DNA from: Nitrososphaeria archaeon
Lineage (GTDB): Archaea; Thermoproteota; Nitrososphaeria; JACIWG01
Length of the DNA: 64,000 nucleotides
Assembly: GCA_963760525.1 (NCBI GenBank)
Contig: CAVXDT010000014.1
Location: forward strand, 120,203-184,202
Reading direction: 5' to 3'
Position numbers and translations under genes: made by a program. The notes beneath the pieces are model-generated. The model had not been told where the DNA came from and ran no database searches. It worked only from the letters and a program-made list of their open reading frames with translations. Shown here one piece after another: positions 60,985 to 64,000 of this stretch; position 1 is the stretch's first letter; each line of letters begins with the position of its first letter.

Positions 60985-62706
60985 TTGAGCCTTGCCCTTA
61001 GAGGCGACCAGATATCGCCTGAGCCCAGACTTCTCCCCACACCATCACCCACTGAACCCCGTCCCATTCTCACGCTATCTGAGCTGGTTTCTGGCAGATA
61101 TGTCGATACGGTCGCTAGGATAGCGTCTGTAAGAGTTTCCGAAAGGGTTGATCAGATGGGGTGCAAGTTTGTTTCCACAGGTGTACTTGAGGATAGGACC
61201 TTCAAGCTGCCCTTCCTATGTCATAAGGTTTCCCTTCCTCTGACTTTGAACTCCATTTTCAAGCTTAAGTCGGTTTACGTTCACGAGTTCAAGGACAAGT
61301 CATTGATTGTTATTCTCACGGAATACAGCAGAGCTGAACCGAGAGAAGTTGAAGATTTCAAGGATTTTCTCTGGGTCCCGAAGATAGGAGCCATCAGGAG
61401 ACCTGTTTTAGATATCACACTAACTGGGATAATAGCGGCCATCTACAGTTCGTCTGGGCTCGTAAAGAGATGTAACCGTTGCAAGAAGCTTGTAGTCGAC
61501 ACTTGTCCAGAAGGCTGTGCTGAAGGCTGGAGTTGGGACTTGCGAATCTCATCTAAACTGTACGATGGAACGGGGTCGATCAGAACTATATTCACTAGAC
61601 ATCTTACAGCAAAGGTGCTTCAGAGAAGCCTTGGAGAAATCCTCTACTTGGCCAACACACCGAAGGCTCGAACTGAAAATTGCTTCGAAACGATGTCCTT
61701 TAAGCTAAGACTGCCTCATGACATTGATATTGTCGAGGGCGTAGTCGAAGACGCTTTATCGTTCAGGCGAACCGACAAGTTGCTCGTGCCAGACGGGTTC
61801 ACGCTACTATATTTTCCAAAGGGGTTGAAGATGCCATCATTACCGTTTAATGGAACTTCCGAGAAGAGGCTTGACGCATGCAATCCTGATGACTCGAGAA
61901 TTCTTCGAAAGTTTGTGGAGAAAGCTTTGGACATCAAGATACGAGAAATCACAGGAATGTCTAAAGTTCATGACATGTACCTGCTGGAAGAGCCTAGCCA
62001 AATCTATTCCTGCGAGCTTGCAAAGCTTTACGTCGGATTCTCAGTGAAGACTGCGATAGGCCAAGATATTGCCGACGTGGAATCGACCCCTGAAGCCTTT
62101 CTACGGGAGAACGTCTGGAACTATGTGAAATGGAGGAGGACTAGAGGGGCGTCAGCCAACTCCATAAAACATGCGCTTCTAACACAAAGGTCGAACGTCG
62201 TCCTAGCTCCATCAAACCGATACGGGCACATTGAAGAACTGATCTTCAAGAGGGCAGGAGACCAGAAGGTGTCTGAACACGATTCAAGAAGTTTGGTGGA
62301 GTTCTGGAAGGAAGTTTATGATATAGACATCTCGCCTGATGAAATGCCATTGCTCAGGGTTAAGCCAGCTGACTCGGAAACGCTTTTCACGTATCCGCCG
62401 AGCACGCTTTTCTACGATGGTAACGTTTTGTTCGTTTCAGGTAGGGCGCAGAACTTTATTGCCAGTAGAAAGGCTACTCTGACCCCTCGAGTTCACGCTG
62501 TAATGGATAAGGCGCTGAGAGCGTTAAATATCGGAGGGAAAGCCCTTGAGCTTCAAGAAGATGGTACTGGAAGAGCTGACATCCAAAGGGTCCTGTTGCA
62601 GGAAACCCATCAGAAGCTTTTTGGGAAGACCGTTAAAGCCAGAGGCTCAATAATCCAGCTCGGAAACCAACTTTACTTCTTCCCAAATAATGTCGTGGTG
62701 AGTTAA
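60985..62706 (+). CDS. RPA-like OB-fold/Zn-finger protein with an inserted Argonaute-like N-L1-PAZ-L2 module
   Basis: OB fold aa ~30-120; SGLVKRCNRC..C..C..DLRI..LYDGTG; LYVGFSVKT (L1-like); SLVEFWKEVYDIDI...PLLRV...TYPP (PAZ-like); OB tail LFGKTVKARG. Confidence 0.6.
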   Translation: MSLALRGDQISPEPRLLPTPSPTEPRPILTLSELVSGRYVDTVARIASVRVSERVDQMGCKFVSTGVLEDRTFKLPFLCHKVSLPLTLNSIFKLKSVYVHEFKDKSLIVILTEYSRAEPREVEDFKDFLWVPKIGAIRRPVLDITLTGIIAAIYSSSGLVKRCNRCKKLVVDTCPEGCAEGWSWDLRISSKLYDGTGSIRTIFTRHLTAKVLQRSLGEILYLANTPKARTENCFETMSFKLRLPHDIDIVEGVVEDALSFRRTDKLLVPDGFTLLYFPKGLKMPSLPFNGTSEKRLDACNPDDSRILRKFVEKALDIKIREITGMSKVHDMYLLEEPSQIYSCELAKLYVGFSVKTAIGQDIADVESTPEAFLRENVWNYVKWRRTRGASANSIKHALLTQRSNVVLAPSNRYGHIEELIFKRAGDQKVSEHDSRSLVEFWKEVYDIDISPDEMPLLRVKPADSETLFTYPPSTLFYDGNVLFVSGRAQNFIASRKATLTPRVHAVMDKALRALNIGGKALELQEDGTGRADIQRVLLQETHQKLFGKTVKARGSIIQLGNQLYFFPNNVVVS

Positions 62707-63833
62707 TGGAGATGGCCAGCAACTCTTCGCCGGTCATACAAACCGCGTTGGAGGACTTTAACGAACATAGTAAGAGGCTGAAACTGACCACAGGTTCCGG
62801 GGACCTGGACAGCCTGATAGGTGGGATCGAGAAAGGATCCTTCTACCTGTTCTACGGTGAGCCGGAGATACTCGACCTCATCATACACCGTCTTCTAGTG
62901 AACTGTGTAATGTCAGCTGAAAGGGGAGGTTTAGACGCGAAAGCCATCTACTTTAACAATACTGACTACTACGTGGGCAAGACCATAATTGACCCCTCTA
63001 AGCTCGGTATGCTCGCAAAGCGTGCTGGCATAGATCCTGCTCTCGTCTTCAAAGATGTTGAGGTAGCATTGGCGTTTAATGAAGCTAGACAATGGTTTGT
63101 AGCAAGGGAAGTCGCGGATCTGATAAGGGAAGACAAGGGATTCAAGCTTCTTGCAATTCACAACATAACGCGTTTCCTAGCGAATTTCAAGAGCACTAAA
63201 GAGTCACGGGAGGTTTTGAAGAAGGTCGTGGGAAGCCTCTGGAGGGCAGCATCCGAAAACCATGTCGCCTTCGTCATGACCGTTGACACTCCAAGCTCGG
63301 CCAGAGGGCTGGTGCCAAAGCCTTTCGGTGGCATTTTCATAAGGCAAGCAGCCTCGATCCTCGTTCATTTTAAGAAGTTAAGTGAAGGGCCGATATCATC
63401 CTATAAGGTAACACTTGTGAAGCATCCGTATAAGAGAGCTCCAGAGTCGATAGTGCTATACGTAAGCCAAACCGGCTCCATGGACCTGATGACAGGAAGA
63501 AACGTTCCATCATTCCAGCAACTTTACGGTGAGCAGGTGGACTACCTGAAAAGGTCATTCCAAAACAGCCTAGTGGACCTAGGAAACAGAACCGCGTTCG
63601 ATGTCCTCCTCAGGGAAGCTTGGAACGTGGAACAGAAGGCGTTAAGCAATCTGAAGGAGCTCACGCTTTTAGATGGATTAAACCTGACAGCGTCGGTTGA
63701 CAGCCGCGGCCTTATAGAATCCATCCAAAACCGCCTCTCCAACATGGACGACGAAATCAAAAAACTCGCAGGGGGCATTGAATCAATAGCGAGCAGAGGT
63801 AAGGAAATGATTGAAGGTGACAGACTTGGGTAG
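62706..63833 (+). CDS. Inactive RadA-like ATPase (iRadA) fused to a C-terminal PPB2/arCOG07300-like helical domain
   Basis: LTTGSGDLDSLIGGIEKG but Walker A degenerate (YGEPEILD); LVKHP; tail MTGRNVPSF...AFDVLLREAW. Confidence 0.7.
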   Translation: MEMASNSSPVIQTALEDFNEHSKRLKLTTGSGDLDSLIGGIEKGSFYLFYGEPEILDLIIHRLLVNCVMSAERGGLDAKAIYFNNTDYYVGKTIIDPSKLGMLAKRAGIDPALVFKDVEVALAFNEARQWFVAREVADLIREDKGFKLLAIHNITRFLANFKSTKESREVLKKVVGSLWRAASENHVAFVMTVDTPSSARGLVPKPFGGIFIRQAASILVHFKKLSEGPISSYKVTLVKHPYKRAPESIVLYVSQTGSMDLMTGRNVPSFQQLYGEQVDYLKRSFQNSLVDLGNRTAFDVLLREAWNVEQKALSNLKELTLLDGLNLTASVDSRGLIESIQNRLSNMDDEIKKLAGGIESIASRGKEMIEGDRLG

Positions 63834-64000
63834 GATAACACCGTCTGCACGCGTCCTTTACGAAGAAACTGTTAACGAGCTCAAATCACATTATAGGGGT
63901 AGTCTAGTAGACCAAGGCCATAGACAGGCCTTCGACCTCCTGCTAAAACAGGCTTGGGAGACCGAGCAGGCGGCGATGTCCAACTCTAACATTCCTGTCG
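63826..64000 (+). CDS. PPB2/arCOG07300-like small helical protein (partial, runs off the window)
   Basis: TTG start after GGTGA; MGRITPSARVLYEETVNELKSHYRGSLVDQGHRQAFDLLLKQAW..., paralogous to the tail of the upstream gene. Confidence 0.7.
   Translation, partial: MGRITPSARVLYEETVNELKSHYRGSLVDQGHRQAFDLLLKQAWETEQAAMSNSNIPV

Noticed and set aside
60985..62706. Full-length prokaryotic Argonaute
   Set aside because: No MID or PIWI (RNase H) domain; the protein ends in OB-like strands, so only the N-PAZ lobe is claimed.

Overview
Archaeal chromosome segment, most likely from a Nitrososphaerota/Thaumarchaeota-related TACK lineage (inferred from the EF-2 sequence, short XPF, single-OB SSB, arcadin-1 and the exosome superoperon). 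Roughly 1-35 kb is housekeeping: aCPSF1, ribosomal proteins, KEOPS, proteasome-exosome-prefoldin cluster, ECF transporter and EF-2. Five tRNAs are present; accessory blocks follow tRNA-Gly(CCC) and tRNA-Pro, and a visibly more GC-rich DNA-repair operon occupies about 59.9-64 kb. Main observations: (1) an operon of radA, an RPA-like OB/Zn protein with an apparent Argonaute N-L1-PAZ-L2 lobe inserted into it (no MID/PIWI), an inactive RadA fused to a PPB2-like domain, and a second PPB2-like gene, resembling a PolB2-type mutasome cassette with an unusual RPA-PAZ chimera; (2) a 26-nt bulge-helix-bulge intron in the EF-2 coding sequence whose canonical excision exactly restores the reading frame; (3) two unannotated box C/D-type guide RNAs in register with 23S G2251 and 16S C1402; (4) an HTH/ATP-cone/inactive class III RNR fusion, a methanogen-type SerRS, a P-loop-dead DRG GTPase and an ATT-initiated psmA. 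A cluster of single-base frameshifts at about 15-18 kb looks like assembly error. All assignments are from reading the sequence by eye; no searches were run.
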